Below, in pieces: positions 1 to 9,560 of a DNA stretch of 64,000 nucleotides. Position numbers and translations under genes: made by a program. Numbering within the stretch: the stretch's first letter is position 1; the number at the start of each line of letters is the position of its first letter. The stretch is from a virus (lineage: Duplodnaviria; Caudoviricetes), in the IMG/VR virus record IMGVR_UViG_2522125155_000001, positions 36,650-100,649 of that record; one strand, written 5' to 3'. The notes beneath the pieces were generated by a model that did not search any database, was not told the DNA's origin, and worked only from the letters and a program-made list of their open reading frames with translations.

Positions 1-297
1 GCCACCCGCGCGTTCGTGACGTACTACTCCGTCACGGGCCCGAACTGGGCCATCGGCGACACCATGGACCTCGCCGGGATGCTCATCGAGCAGGCAGTCA
101 AGGCAGGCACCTACTTCGACGGCCTGAGCGGAGCCGACTACCTCTTCGAGCAGGGCGGCGCTGCCCCGGGCGCGCGGTCCTACTACTACGAGGACTACGC
201 CGTTCGGTCTTACCTTCTGAAGCAGGTACTGGCGGAGAATTGCCCTCTGGGAGTCATTCCCGCTGTGCCGCAGTTCGCGGTTCAGCCGCGTTTCTGA
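1..297 (+). CDS. C-terminal fragment of a hypothetical protein, possibly a virion/tail protein
   Basis: Frame open from window start to TGA at 295-297; phage-typical codon use; no diagnostic motif. Confidence 0.55.
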   Translation, partial: ATRAFVTYYSVTGPNWAIGDTMDLAGMLIEQAVKAGTYFDGLSGADYLFEQGGAAPGARSYYYEDYAVRSYLLKQVLAENCPLGVIPAVPQFAVQPRF

Positions 298-309
298 AAG
301 CAGGCCCGA

Positions 310-552
310 ATGCTCGCTGAGTACCTTCAGTCCGTCATCCGTTCCGTCGTCCCGGTCGCAGTCGCCGCTGTGGTCTCCTTCGGCCTCCGCTACGGGGTCC
401 ACCTCGACGAGGGTGCCACGGCCGACCTCCTCGGTGCCCTCGTGGGTAGCGGCTACTACGCGCTCGTGCGCTGGGCCGAGGAGAAGTTCCCCAACCTCGG
501 CTGGCTCCTCGGCAAGCCGGGCACGCCGTCGTACGGGAGTGCCGGGGACTGA
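310..552 (+). CDS. Small membrane protein, holin-like
   Basis: Two hydrophobic segments; C-terminal YYALVRWAE..PNLGWLLG..P.Y pattern typical of actinophage holin-like proteins. Confidence 0.6.
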   Translation: MLAEYLQSVIRSVVPVAVAAVVSFGLRYGVHLDEGATADLLGALVGSGYYALVRWAEEKFPNLGWLLGKPGTPSYGSAGD

Positions 553-788
553 TGTTCCACTTCGCGCTGCTCGCCCTCTCGGTCTTCCTCGTCTACGAGA
601 TCGGGAGGGCGAGCCTGCCCGACCGCGTGCCGGGCATCGTCCACGCTCTGGGCCTCCCGGTGATCGCCCTGCTGCTCAACCGGTACGCCTCCGAGGAGAT
701 CCTCATGGCGGTCGCCGCCGCCTCCGTCGCTGCCGTCATCGACCGCATCATCGTCGGCAGTTCGCGCACCATTTCGCGCGTCAGGTAG
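552..788 (+). CDS. Small membrane protein
   Basis: TGATG-coupled to previous gene; 2-3 hydrophobic segments. Confidence 0.65.
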   Translation: MFHFALLALSVFLVYEIGRASLPDRVPGIVHALGLPVIALLLNRYASEEILMAVAAASVAAVIDRIIVGSSRTISRVR

Positions 789-797
789 CAACTACTT
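785..797. promoter_or_regulatory. GTAGCAACTACTT operator-like site, copy 1
   Basis: Exact 13-mer recurs at 15401-15413 and inverted at 28684-28696; core GTAG-CAA-CTAC has dyad symmetry. Confidence 0.55.
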
Positions 798-870
798 GAG
801 CCGATCCGATTGACAGGCTATGCTTGTCGAGGAGCGAAACCCGCTCCAAAATCGACCAAGGAGCATTGAT

Positions 871-2121
871 TTGAGCAAGAAGACCATCGCCATCGCGTTC
901 GTCGGCAGCGCCCCGGTGCGACCCCTCGCCATCCGCTCGGCCCTGAACGACTGGCTCGGCTTCGGCGAGCCCGACGCGGACGGCCTCTTCGAGGAGTCGG
1001 CGAAGTACGACGTCAGCCTGCTCTTCCCCGCCGGTCCGGACCACTGGAACCCGGCGCTGGAGGAGGTCTGGAAGTGGTCCGCCATGGCGAACCTCGAATA
1101 CGACCTCGTCCTCGACAAGCACGGCAAGGACGACGACTCGCTGGAGTTCGTCGTCGAGGACGCCGAGCAGGTCATCGAGGTGACCAACGTCAGCAAGGCG
1201 CTCGTCGACAACCTCGACAAGACCGACGCGGACGAGAAGTTCATCGTCGCGCTGTGGGGCGAGGAGGGCGACGACGAGGCCGACTCCGTCCTGACCTTCT
1301 CCGAGGCAGCCGGGATCCCCGCCAAGGACCTGTCCGCCGCGCTCGACGACCTCGTCTACGGCGACCCCGAGGAGGACGAGCCCGAGGTTCAGCCCGAGCC
1401 GGACCCGGAGCCCGTGCCGGAGGAGCGCCCTCGCCGAGGTCGTCGCGGTGCCAAGGCCGAGGAGAAGGCCGAGGAGCCCGCCGCTGAGGAGGCTCCGCGC
1501 CGTCGCCGTGGTGCCAAGCCGGAGCCGGTCGCCGAGGAGCAGGCGCTCGACGAGGACGAGGAGACCCTCGACGACGAGCCCGTGGCTGCCCCGGAGCCGG
1601 TCAAGGAGGAGAAGCCCAAGACCACGCGCAAGGCCAAGGAGAAGGCTCCCGAGCCGGAGCCCGTCAAGGACGAGCCGGTGGCCGAGGAGAAGTCGTGGGG
1701 CGAGGCCGGTGCCGGTCACGTCGCCAAGGCCGACATCCCGCCGGTCGTCTGGGAGGCGCTGCAGAAGGCGCGTCGCTACATCGACCACATCGACGTCGGC
1801 ACCGCGATCAAGAACGACGCGGCCGAGACGATCTCCTCGCCCCTCGCACTGCTCCTCGGCAAGGCGCTGTCCGCGCTGGAGAACATCCAGAACGGCGAGC
1901 CCACCACCACGGAGCCGGTCAGCGTCGAGGAGAACGCCGAGGAGCCCAAGCGCCGGGGTCGCCCGCGCACCAAGGCCGAGGTGTTCCCCTACCTGCACAA
2001 CGAGGCGGAGGGCACCTACCGCAAGGCCGGTCGTGGCCGTCCCCGCCGTGGCGAGACCCGCGTCGAGTTGACGCAGGAGCAGGTCGACGATCTCACCAAG
2101 CAGGAACTCATCGAGGACTGA
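871..2121 (+). CDS. Acidic low-complexity protein with C-terminal AT-hook-like motifs
   Basis: AAGGAG at 858-863 before TTG 871; E/P/K-rich linker; KRRGRPR and GRGRPRR motifs. Confidence 0.8.
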   Translation: MSKKTIAIAFVGSAPVRPLAIRSALNDWLGFGEPDADGLFEESAKYDVSLLFPAGPDHWNPALEEVWKWSAMANLEYDLVLDKHGKDDDSLEFVVEDAEQVIEVTNVSKALVDNLDKTDADEKFIVALWGEEGDDEADSVLTFSEAAGIPAKDLSAALDDLVYGDPEEDEPEVQPEPDPEPVPEERPRRGRRGAKAEEKAEEPAAEEAPRRRRGAKPEPVAEEQALDEDEETLDDEPVAAPEPVKEEKPKTTRKAKEKAPEPEPVKDEPVAEEKSWGEAGAGHVAKADIPPVVWEALQKARRYIDHIDVGTAIKNDAAETISSPLALLLGKALSALENIQNGEPTTTEPVSVEENAEEPKRRGRPRTKAEVFPYLHNEAEGTYRKAGRGRPRRGETRVELTQEQVDDLTKQELIED

Positions 2122-2136
2122 CCTCCAGATGACGCA

Positions 2137-2293
2137 GCAGGAGCCCCGGACTGGGAGGCAACGCCTTCAACCAAGTACCGGGGCTCCTGCGCGGGACGTT
2201 CTCGCCGGTGCGGGGACCAACCGCTGCCACGGGGACCAGACCGTGTCCGGGAAGAACGTGAGCACCAACCCGGCCGGAAAGGGACAACCGGTT
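2137..2293 (+). ncRNA. Candidate structured RNA/leader upstream of the initiator-like gene
   Basis: 13-bp stem 2137-2149/2178-2190, then a multibranch fold with two hairpins sharing a GGACCA loop. Confidence 0.4.
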
Positions 2294-2355
2294 GTGCAGC
2301 ATCAGATTACACGAATCGTTACCGAAACGCTACACAGAATGGACCAGTGACACCC

Positions 2356-2802
2356 ATGTCCGATCTCGGCACCCGCCGAACCCCCTACTCGATCCCCGAC
2401 AACACCGAGCCCTTCCCCGAGGACCGGATGTCGTGGGCCATCGAGCAGATCCCTCATCTCTCGCCGCAGGAGTTCGTCGTCCTGCTTCATCTCTCCCGCC
2501 ACTCGTGGGGCCGTTACACCAAGCAGGGTGATGACCTCATCGGCTTCGTGCGCTCCGAGTGGTCCAGCGTCCGCCGCACGGCCGAGCAGATGAGCAAGTC
2601 CCGCTCGTCGATCCAGCGCGCCATGGCGGGGCTGCGCGAGAAGGGGTACATCACCATCTCGCCGACGACCACCTCGCGCGGGAGCGGCCCCAGCGACATC
2701 AAGATCTGGTGGTTCGAGAGCGACGACATCATGCGCGAGGAAGTCCGCAACGACCCCGCAGCCCTGCCGGAGATCTTCCGCTCCGGTGAGCCCTCCGAGT
2801 AG
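2356..2802 (+). CDS. Winged-HTH DNA-binding protein, replication-initiator N-terminal-like
   Basis: LSPQEFVVLLHL...SVRRTAEQMSKSRSSIQRAMAGLREKGYI HTH pattern; upstream of DnaB and primase. Confidence 0.75.
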   Translation: MSDLGTRRTPYSIPDNTEPFPEDRMSWAIEQIPHLSPQEFVVLLHLSRHSWGRYTKQGDDLIGFVRSEWSSVRRTAEQMSKSRSSIQRAMAGLREKGYITISPTTTSRGSGPSDIKIWWFESDDIMREEVRNDPAALPEIFRSGEPSE

Positions 2803-2806
2803 TCGG

Positions 2807-2922
2807 GGGTGTCCCACCAGTGGGTCACATGGGTGTCCCACTGGTGGGTCGGGGGTGTCCCATTCGTGGGTCACTCTTATAAGGAAGAGCACTGGCTTTT
2901 AGAGCACTGGCAGAGCGCTGGC
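2807..2922. repeat. Iteron-like repeats, candidate replication origin
   Basis: 3x GGGTGTCCCAnnnGTGGGTC (2807, 2831, 2853) and 3x AGAGC(A/G)CTGGC (2886, 2901, 2912). Confidence 0.7.
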
Positions 2923-2953
2923 GGCAGCCGCTGCCGGAGAAGGAAGGACAACC

Positions 2954-3679
2954 ATGACCCGCTACGCGGACAACGACCCCCGAGCGCTCCTCGGTGATGA
3001 GCCCTCGGGCGACCGGTACGGCTCGAAGAAGCCGCCTGCGGCCCCTCGTGGCAAGCCCCGCTCCACCGGCGGCACCGGAAGCACCCGCCAGACGCGCGCC
3101 ACGGCCCGCAGGAGCGACGAGGAGACCGTCCGGCAGGTTCGGGACGGCAAGCCTCAGAACAAGGCCTCCAGCGGCCTCTACGACACCCTCGCCGAGCAGT
3201 TCCTCTCGCAGGACTGGATCGCCACGCACCGAGGCAACACCGCGACGGTCCCGACCATCGAGGTGGGCGACACCGGCCGACCACTCATCGCCAAGATCCT
3301 CCGCGACAAGGTCGCCTCGGAGAAGCGCTTCGAGGGTCGCGACGACGAGAAGATCGCCGAGGTCGTGGAGTACGCGATGAAGCACTTCTTCGACCGGCTC
3401 GACAACGACCTTCGCCGGGGGCGGCTTGTCAACCAGTTCGTCAGTTCCGATTGGTGGGATACGCTTATCCCTGAAGCCATCGACCACTGGCACGCCGTCC
3501 GCATCCCGCCCGAGGTGTTCGAGCGCGGACGACAGGAGGCCGAGGCCTTCTACGCGGCGTGGCCCACGCGTGACGCCCGCCCAGCACGACCGACCAACCC
3601 GCGTGAGGCTGCCGAGCGCTTCGAGCAGATCCTCGCCGCCAACCGACCGAACTACGACGATTGCGAGCCGCTTACGTGA
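2954..3679 (+). CDS. Hypothetical replication-associated protein
   Basis: AAGGA SD, ATG start; stop overlaps the dnaB start. Confidence 0.75.
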   Translation: MTRYADNDPRALLGDEPSGDRYGSKKPPAAPRGKPRSTGGTGSTRQTRATARRSDEETVRQVRDGKPQNKASSGLYDTLAEQFLSQDWIATHRGNTATVPTIEVGDTGRPLIAKILRDKVASEKRFEGRDDEKIAEVVEYAMKHFFDRLDNDLRRGRLVNQFVSSDWWDTLIPEAIDHWHAVRIPPEVFERGRQEAEAFYAAWPTRDARPARPTNPREAAERFEQILAANRPNYDDCEPLT

Positions 3680-4908
3680 GTGCCAACGGCAGGTACCTCC
3701 TCTCGAAGGTCGTTGAGACCCAGCGCCTTCAACCCCTGCTCGCTGCGGGCATCGGCCCCCAGCACTTCCCCGTGGAGATCGACCGCGAGGTCTTCGAGAC
3801 CCTCCACGACAGTCATACGCGGCACGGGTCGCTCCTGAGCGTGAAGACGCTGAAGATGGACTTCCCGGAGTACAAGTTCATCAAGGTCCCCGACGACATC
3901 GAGATCCTCGTCGAGCGCGTCCAGCGGGACTACCTCGGCTCGATGCTCTCGCTGACGATCAACGCGGCAGCCGAGTCGTGGGACGGCGGGGACTTCGACG
4001 CCGCGCGCCTGTCCATGGAGATCGGCCTGAAGCAGATGCAGGCCAACAAGACCAACGGCCTGCGCACCCTCGACATCCGGTCCCTCGCCGAGAAGTGGGA
4101 GAACGACCGACTCAACACCGAGAAGGGCATCCCGTTCGGCATCAAGGAGATCGACGACGAGACCGGTGGCGTCTTCTCCGACCAGTTCGTCGTCGTCATC
4201 GGCCCTCCCGGCTCGGGTAAGTCCGCCCACCTGCTGTCGTACGCCGACGCCGCTGCCAAGGCGGGCCACCGCGCGCTCTTCATCACCATCGAGATGAGCG
4301 ACGAGCACCAGATGGCCCGCCTCGCGGCCAAGCACTCGGGCGTGCCCTACAAGACCATCCGTCGTGGCACCCCCGACCAGCGCCAGAAGCAGAAGATCGC
4401 CGCCGCGCTGGAGAAGATCGCCGACGGGGAGCGCCTGATCATTCAGGAGGTGCCCGCCGAACTGGCGTCGATGGAGACGGTCAACGACCTCGTCGCGAAG
4501 TTCGCCCCGGACGCGATCTACATCGACGGTGCCTACCTGATGCAACTGCCCAACGTCCGCGCGAACGCGGCCCAGTGGGAGAAACTCAGCGAACTCACGC
4601 GCTCGATGAAGAACCTCATCCTGAAGCATCATCGCCCGATCTTCATCAGCACGCAGGTGCTGCTCTCGAAGATGGTCGGCGGCGAGGTGACGCAGGGCAG
4701 CGTCGGCTACTCGTCCTCGTTCCTGCAGGACGCCGACATCATGATCGGTGTTCAACCCGACGGGGAACTCCCGGACCGCCAGATGGTCAAGGTGCTGAAG
4801 TTCCGAGACGGCAACAAGCCGAACGTCCACGTCCAGTGGGACTGGCAGACGTACAACATGACGTCGGCTGCAGAGGCCTCGGGCGATCAACCGCAGGCGC
4901 AGTTCTGA
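3676..4908 (+). CDS. dnaB: DnaB-like replicative helicase
   Basis: Walker A GPPGSGKS, TIEMS, YIDGAYLM, STQ, YSSSFLQDAD, KFRDG. Confidence 0.92.
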   Translation: MSANGRYLLSKVVETQRLQPLLAAGIGPQHFPVEIDREVFETLHDSHTRHGSLLSVKTLKMDFPEYKFIKVPDDIEILVERVQRDYLGSMLSLTINAAAESWDGGDFDAARLSMEIGLKQMQANKTNGLRTLDIRSLAEKWENDRLNTEKGIPFGIKEIDDETGGVFSDQFVVVIGPPGSGKSAHLLSYADAAAKAGHRALFITIEMSDEHQMARLAAKHSGVPYKTIRRGTPDQRQKQKIAAALEKIADGERLIIQEVPAELASMETVNDLVAKFAPDAIYIDGAYLMQLPNVRANAAQWEKLSELTRSMKNLILKHHRPIFISTQVLLSKMVGGEVTQGSVGYSSSFLQDADIMIGVQPDGELPDRQMVKVLKFRDGNKPNVHVQWDWQTYNMTSAAEASGDQPQAQF

Positions 4909-5357
4909 TGCAGGGCGGCGACATCTCCAACGAGGTCACGGCCCGGTTCCTCCTCGTCTTCGAGGGGCTCATCGGGATCCTGCCGGACAAGCGCGCGGAG
5001 GCGAAGTTCTCTCGCAGCGTCCGCTTCAAGCGCTGGGAGGCAGCGGTCGGCCAGTTCCACCTCAACGAGATGGCCTCGAAGGTGGTCTGGGACACGGTCT
5101 GGCGGCGCAACTACTCGGTCGACGTCGTCACCTTCCTCGGCGACGACATGGTCGACCACGTCCGCAACCGGATCGAGCACTGGGGCCTGCCCGTCGGCAA
5201 GGTCTGGACCGAGGACAAGTACCTGCTCGCCCGCACCCTCAACTACCGGCCCGACGTCATCGGCGTCTACCACACCAACCCGGCCGACTTCGCTGTCTTC
5301 GGCAGCAAGGGACGGGTCGTCGACCCCGCCATGCCCACACTCATCGGAGGCTACTGA
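4908..5357 (+). CDS. Hypothetical protein (possible degenerate HAD-like fold)
   Basis: TGATG coupling on both sides; good codon bias. Confidence 0.7.
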   Translation: MQGGDISNEVTARFLLVFEGLIGILPDKRAEAKFSRSVRFKRWEAAVGQFHLNEMASKVVWDTVWRRNYSVDVVTFLGDDMVDHVRNRIEHWGLPVGKVWTEDKYLLARTLNYRPDVIGVYHTNPADFAVFGSKGRVVDPAMPTLIGGY

Positions 5358-6412
5358 TGCGCCGCGCGAAGCACCGCACCCGACCGGCAGCGACCGGCTG
5401 GGAGGCCATGTCGCTCATGGTCTCCAACCCCATCCCCGGGGACATCCCGGCGTGCCTCGACGAGTTGGGCGTCGACTTCCGGCTCGTGCTCGAAGAGGCC
5501 CACATGAAGTGCCCCGCGCACTTCCGTCGGCTGGGCAAGGAGGACCGCCACCCCTCCTTCTCGGTCAACATCGAGGACGGCCTCTACAACTGCTTCTCGT
5601 GTGGCTTCACAGGCAAGTTCTGGGAACTGGTCAAGGAACTGACCGACATGACCCAAGAGCAGGCCGTGGCGTGGTGCCAGAAGCGCGGGGGAGTGGAGCG
5701 CGCGAAGCGCATCGTCAGCGAGGAGGGCGGTCTGAGGTTCGGGGCTGTCGACACCACCACGGTGATCAACGAGGCCAGCCTCGCGCTCTACGTCGAGGTC
5801 CCCGAGAAGGCCTGCGCCACCCGCAACATCGCCCCCGACTCCGCCGACCACTACGGCGTGCTCTGGGACAAGGACGAGGAGCGCTGGATCGTACCCATCC
5901 GCGACCCCAACACCGGCAAGTTGTGGGGCTGGCAGGAGAAGAACGCCCGGTACTTCCGGAACAAGCCCTTCAACGTCCGCAAGCAGGACACCCTCTTCGG
6001 CATCCACCAGATCGACCCGGAGGAGCGCACCGTAATCGTCGTCGAGTCTCCGCTCGACGTGCCCCGAGGTCATACGGCTGGCTACGACAACTTCGTGGCC
6101 ACCTTCGGCGCGGAGATCACCAACGAGCAGTTGGCGTTCCTCTTCGAGCGCTTCGACATCATCATCTGGGCCCTCGACAACGACCGCGCCGGAGCGAAGG
6201 CGCTGAAGGCCATCCTCACGCTCTACAAGGGCTACCCGAACATCCAGCGCGTCTTCAAATACGCCGTGCCGTGGGACCGCGCCCTCGACGACGCGAAGAA
6301 GGACCAGCCCGAGGGCTACGTCAAGGACATCGGCGACATGACCGACGGCGAGATCCACACCGGCGTCACCGGTGCCGTCTCCGCGCTCACCTACGGGAGG
6401 ACCTTCAAGTGA
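5357..6412 (+). CDS. dnaG: DNA primase (Zn finger + TOPRIM); start may be 5408
   Basis: CPAH...PSFSVN...YNCFSC zinc finger; VVESPLD, ALDND, KDIGD TOPRIM motifs. Confidence 0.92.
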   Translation: MRRAKHRTRPAATGWEAMSLMVSNPIPGDIPACLDELGVDFRLVLEEAHMKCPAHFRRLGKEDRHPSFSVNIEDGLYNCFSCGFTGKFWELVKELTDMTQEQAVAWCQKRGGVERAKRIVSEEGGLRFGAVDTTTVINEASLALYVEVPEKACATRNIAPDSADHYGVLWDKDEERWIVPIRDPNTGKLWGWQEKNARYFRNKPFNVRKQDTLFGIHQIDPEERTVIVVESPLDVPRGHTAGYDNFVATFGAEITNEQLAFLFERFDIIIWALDNDRAGAKALKAILTLYKGYPNIQRVFKYAVPWDRALDDAKKDQPEGYVKDIGDMTDGEIHTGVTGAVSALTYGRTFK

Positions 6413-8067
6413 TGCTCACCGGGCTGCGGCCCTATCAGGAGGAGGCCGTCGACATGGCCACCGAGCGCGGCTCCGCGCTCATCGCCTACGAGATGGGGCT
6501 CGGCAAGACCATCTGCGCCCTCGCGATCTGCGAGGAGATCATGGGCCGCGACAGCGAGACCGTCGCCGCCATCGTCGTGCCCGCCAACCTGAAGTGGCAG
6601 TGGGCGCAGGAGATCGCCAAGCACACCGACGTCGACACCACGACGAAGAAGATCCGGCTCAACGGGGAGTCCCACGACATCACCATCCCCAAGGAGCACC
6701 ACGGCCTCGTCATCGACGGCGACCGGGAGAAGCGCCGCAAGCAACTGCGCTACGCCATGGAGCAGCGCCCGCCGTACGTCATCCTCGGCTACGAGAACGT
6801 CGTCAACGACTGGCGGCTCGTGTCCCGGCTGCGCCCCGACGTCATCGTGCTCGACGAGGCCACGGCCATCAAGACGTTCAAGGCCAACCGCACCAAGCAG
6901 ATCAAGCGGTGGACCGCCGACGTGCGCGTCGCGCTGACCGGCTCGCCCATCGAGAACGGCAAGCCGGAGGAGATCTTCTCGATCATGGAGTGGGTCGACG
7001 CCAAGGTGCTCGGCCGCTACGACCTGTTCGACAAGGCCTTCATCACCCGCAACTCCTACGGCGCGGTCGTGCGCTACAAGAACATGCCGGTGCTCAACCG
7101 CAAACTGCAGGGCGTCATGTCCCGCAAGCGCCGCACCGACCCCGACGTCGCGCCCTACCTGCCGGAGGTCACCGAGACGACCGAGTGGGTGGCCATCGAC
7201 AAGCCCACCCGGGACGCCTACAAGGTCATCGGGCAGGACCTGCTGGAGGCCCTCGCCAAGGCAGCGGAGAAGACGGTCAACGACTTCGACCTCTTCAACC
7301 ACTACCACGGTGGCGGGGACTCCGGCGGCACCAAGGAGGCGGGCGACATCATGGCGCGGATGCTCGCGACCGAGATGCTGCTGAATCATCCCGACCTCGT
7401 GCGCCAGTCCGCGCGCGAGTACTTGGAGAGCGTCCGTCGCCGGAAGGAGGGGGAGGAGCGCGCCACGTGGCCCGGGTCGAAGTACGCGGCCCAGATCGTC
7501 CGCAACGGAGCGCTCGACGCCGTCAAGAGCAGCCCCAAGATGGATCACCTCATCACCCGCATCGGAGAGATCACCGAGGGCAACCCCGCCAGCAAGATCA
7601 TCGTCTTCTCGTTCCACCGCCGGGCCTGCGCGATCATCGAGCAGCGGCTCGCCGAGGTCGGCATCGGCTCGGTCTCCTACCACGGCGAGATGTCCGCCAG
7701 CCAGAAGGTCGGCGCGGTGGCCAAGTTCCGCAACGAGGAGCAGACCCGCGTCATCATCTGCTCCCACGCGGCAGCCTTCGGCACCGACCTGAACATGGCC
7801 GACTACCTGATCAACTTCGACCTGCCGTGGTCGGCTGGGACGATGGACCAGATCAACGCCCGCCACGTCCGCGCGTCCTCGAAGTTCAAGAGCGTCTACA
7901 TCATCAACATGCTCTGCGAGAACACCATCGAGGCCCGCAAGCCCGAGGTGCTGGCCCACAAGCGCCGCACCGCCTCGGCCGTGGTCGACGGCAAGGGAGC
8001 AGACGGACGGGGCCGCGTCGAGAACAGCGTGGCGACCCTAACCGAGTTCCTGAAGCGCACCCTATGA
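6412..8067 (+). CDS. SNF2-family (SF2) helicase
   Basis: EMGLGKT, LDEAT, ALTGSP, VFS, GTDLN, QINARHVR motifs. Confidence 0.92.
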   Translation: MLTGLRPYQEEAVDMATERGSALIAYEMGLGKTICALAICEEIMGRDSETVAAIVVPANLKWQWAQEIAKHTDVDTTTKKIRLNGESHDITIPKEHHGLVIDGDREKRRKQLRYAMEQRPPYVILGYENVVNDWRLVSRLRPDVIVLDEATAIKTFKANRTKQIKRWTADVRVALTGSPIENGKPEEIFSIMEWVDAKVLGRYDLFDKAFITRNSYGAVVRYKNMPVLNRKLQGVMSRKRRTDPDVAPYLPEVTETTEWVAIDKPTRDAYKVIGQDLLEALAKAAEKTVNDFDLFNHYHGGGDSGGTKEAGDIMARMLATEMLLNHPDLVRQSAREYLESVRRRKEGEERATWPGSKYAAQIVRNGALDAVKSSPKMDHLITRIGEITEGNPASKIIVFSFHRRACAIIEQRLAEVGIGSVSYHGEMSASQKVGAVAKFRNEEQTRVIICSHAAAFGTDLNMADYLINFDLPWSAGTMDQINARHVRASSKFKSVYIINMLCENTIEARKPEVLAHKRRTASAVVDGKGADGRGRVENSVATLTEFLKRTL

Positions 8068-8190
8068 CGTCAATCGGAACGCGCTGCCCGGTTGACTCAT
8101 AGTTACTCCTCCGGTACCTTTGTCTCGTGGCCGCATCACTGCGGCGACTGACAATCGAACCGACCACACCGATTGACGAAAGGTGAGCCT

Positions 8191-8637
8191 ATGCCGCGTG
8201 TTGTCCAGCGCCGATCCGGACTGAGCCAGTTCGAGCGCAAGGCCCTGCAGTTCCTCGCGCTGCGCGACGAGGAGAAGCAGATCAAGATCCGCAAGGAGGC
8301 CCTGCAGAAGGTCCTTCAACCTCAGGTCGCCAAGGACGGTGACCTCGACGACATCGGCGGTCATCGCGCGCTGACGTTCCGCGAGCCCATCGAGATGGGC
8401 GGCAAGACCTACACCGGTCTGAAGCAGGAGCGTCGCGTCAGCAAGGTCTTCGACGAGGAGAAGGCCGAGGAGATCCTGAAGGCCAAGGGCCTCTGGGAAG
8501 ACGCCATCGAGACCATCGAGGTCATCGACCAAGACAAGGTCTACGCCCTCCACATGGACGACAAGATCACCGAGGCCGAGATGGACCTGATCCTCGCGGA
8601 CAAGGAGACGTTCGCGTTCGTGACGGTGGCCGCGTGA
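8191..8637 (+). CDS. Hypothetical phage protein (coiled-coil N-terminus)
   Basis: AAAGGTGA SD, ATG start; operon head after intergenic gap. Confidence 0.75.
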   Translation: MPRVVQRRSGLSQFERKALQFLALRDEEKQIKIRKEALQKVLQPQVAKDGDLDDIGGHRALTFREPIEMGGKTYTGLKQERRVSKVFDEEKAEEILKAKGLWEDAIETIEVIDQDKVYALHMDDKITEAEMDLILADKETFAFVTVAA

Positions 8638-9089
8638 GCACCCAGATGGTCGACGCTGCCTTCGAGCAGTTGGGGTTCTACCCCGGGTCGAGCCGCCCGA
8701 TCATCCGGCACCCGAACCGGCACGTCGAGGACCGCCCCCGTCGCCACCAGTACGCCATCGACGACTCGTGGGACGAGAAGCCCCGCAAGTACGTGACCAA
8801 CGGCGTCGAGACCGAGTTCTTCACCGTCGGCCAGTTGGCCCGGGCCCTCGGTCGTGAGGCGGTCACCATCCGCAAGTGGGAGCGCGAGGGCACGATCCCC
8901 GTCGCGATCTTCCAAGTCCCCGGCAAGGAGGGGGACGCCCGAGGCCGACGCCGCCTCTACACGAGGGCTCAGGTCGAGGGGATCGTCCGCATCGCCCACG
9001 AGGAGGGCGTGCTCCACGAGCGCCGCCGCTCCTTCGCCACCACGGAGTTCAAGGCACGCGTCCTCGAACTCTTCAAGAAGACCACCTGA
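8634..9089 (+). CDS. MerR-like HTH DNA-binding protein
   Basis: FTVGQLARALGREAVTIRKWEREGTIP...RRLYTRAQV. Confidence 0.85.
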   Translation: MSTQMVDAAFEQLGFYPGSSRPIIRHPNRHVEDRPRRHQYAIDDSWDEKPRKYVTNGVETEFFTVGQLARALGREAVTIRKWEREGTIPVAIFQVPGKEGDARGRRRLYTRAQVEGIVRIAHEEGVLHERRRSFATTEFKARVLELFKKTT

Positions 9090-9102
9090 CAAGGAGATCC
9101 AC

Positions 9103-9312
9103 ATGTTCAACCCCACCCAGAGCGCTCAGGACAAGTTGCTCAGCGAGCAGGCGTCCGCCGAGATGTTCGGCCGCAACGTCGCCGCCCTCGTCGAGAAGGG
9201 CTCGGACCTGAGCAGCGTGCTCGTCACCGTCGCGGAGTACGTCGCCGAGGCCGACGAGCCGACCATCGGAGAGGCGAACCGCTACCTCTACCGCTGGCTT
9301 CGCGGCGAGTGA
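9103..9312 (+). CDS. Hypothetical protein
   Basis: AAGGAG SD; stop overlaps next start. Confidence 0.7.
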   Translation: MFNPTQSAQDKLLSEQASAEMFGRNVAALVEKGSDLSSVLVTVAEYVAEADEPTIGEANRYLYRWLRGE

Positions 9313-9560
9313 GCATCCGCGTCACCCGAGCCCGCAAGGTCGTCGTCAACCCGGTCATCAACGGCTACGAGTCCATCGAGATGTTCGCGTCAGTCGCGGA
9401 CGAGTTCGACGTTCTGCCGAAGGACCTCGACGAGTGGGCGCAGGGCTATGACGGCCTGATCGACCGGCTGCTACAGGGCGAGATGGACGCCGCCGCAGCC
9501 GTGACCAGCAACGAGCACTCCATCGTGCACGACTACCGATTCACCGAGAAAGAGGACTGA
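9309..9560 (+). CDS. Hypothetical protein
   Basis: GTGA coupling in operon. Confidence 0.7.
   Translation: MSIRVTRARKVVVNPVINGYESIEMFASVADEFDVLPKDLDEWAQGYDGLIDRLLQGEMDAAAAVTSNEHSIVHDYRFTEKED

Noticed and set aside
2800-2802. Genome-wide TAG recoding
   Set aside because: Other genes (788, 12823, 13316, 15401) end normally at TAG and conserved genes are uninterrupted.
5452-6411. N-terminal extension making the SNF2 helicase 871 aa
   Set aside because: Overlaps primase out of frame with Arg/Pro-rich shadow composition; the start at 6412 has an SD and TGATG coupling.
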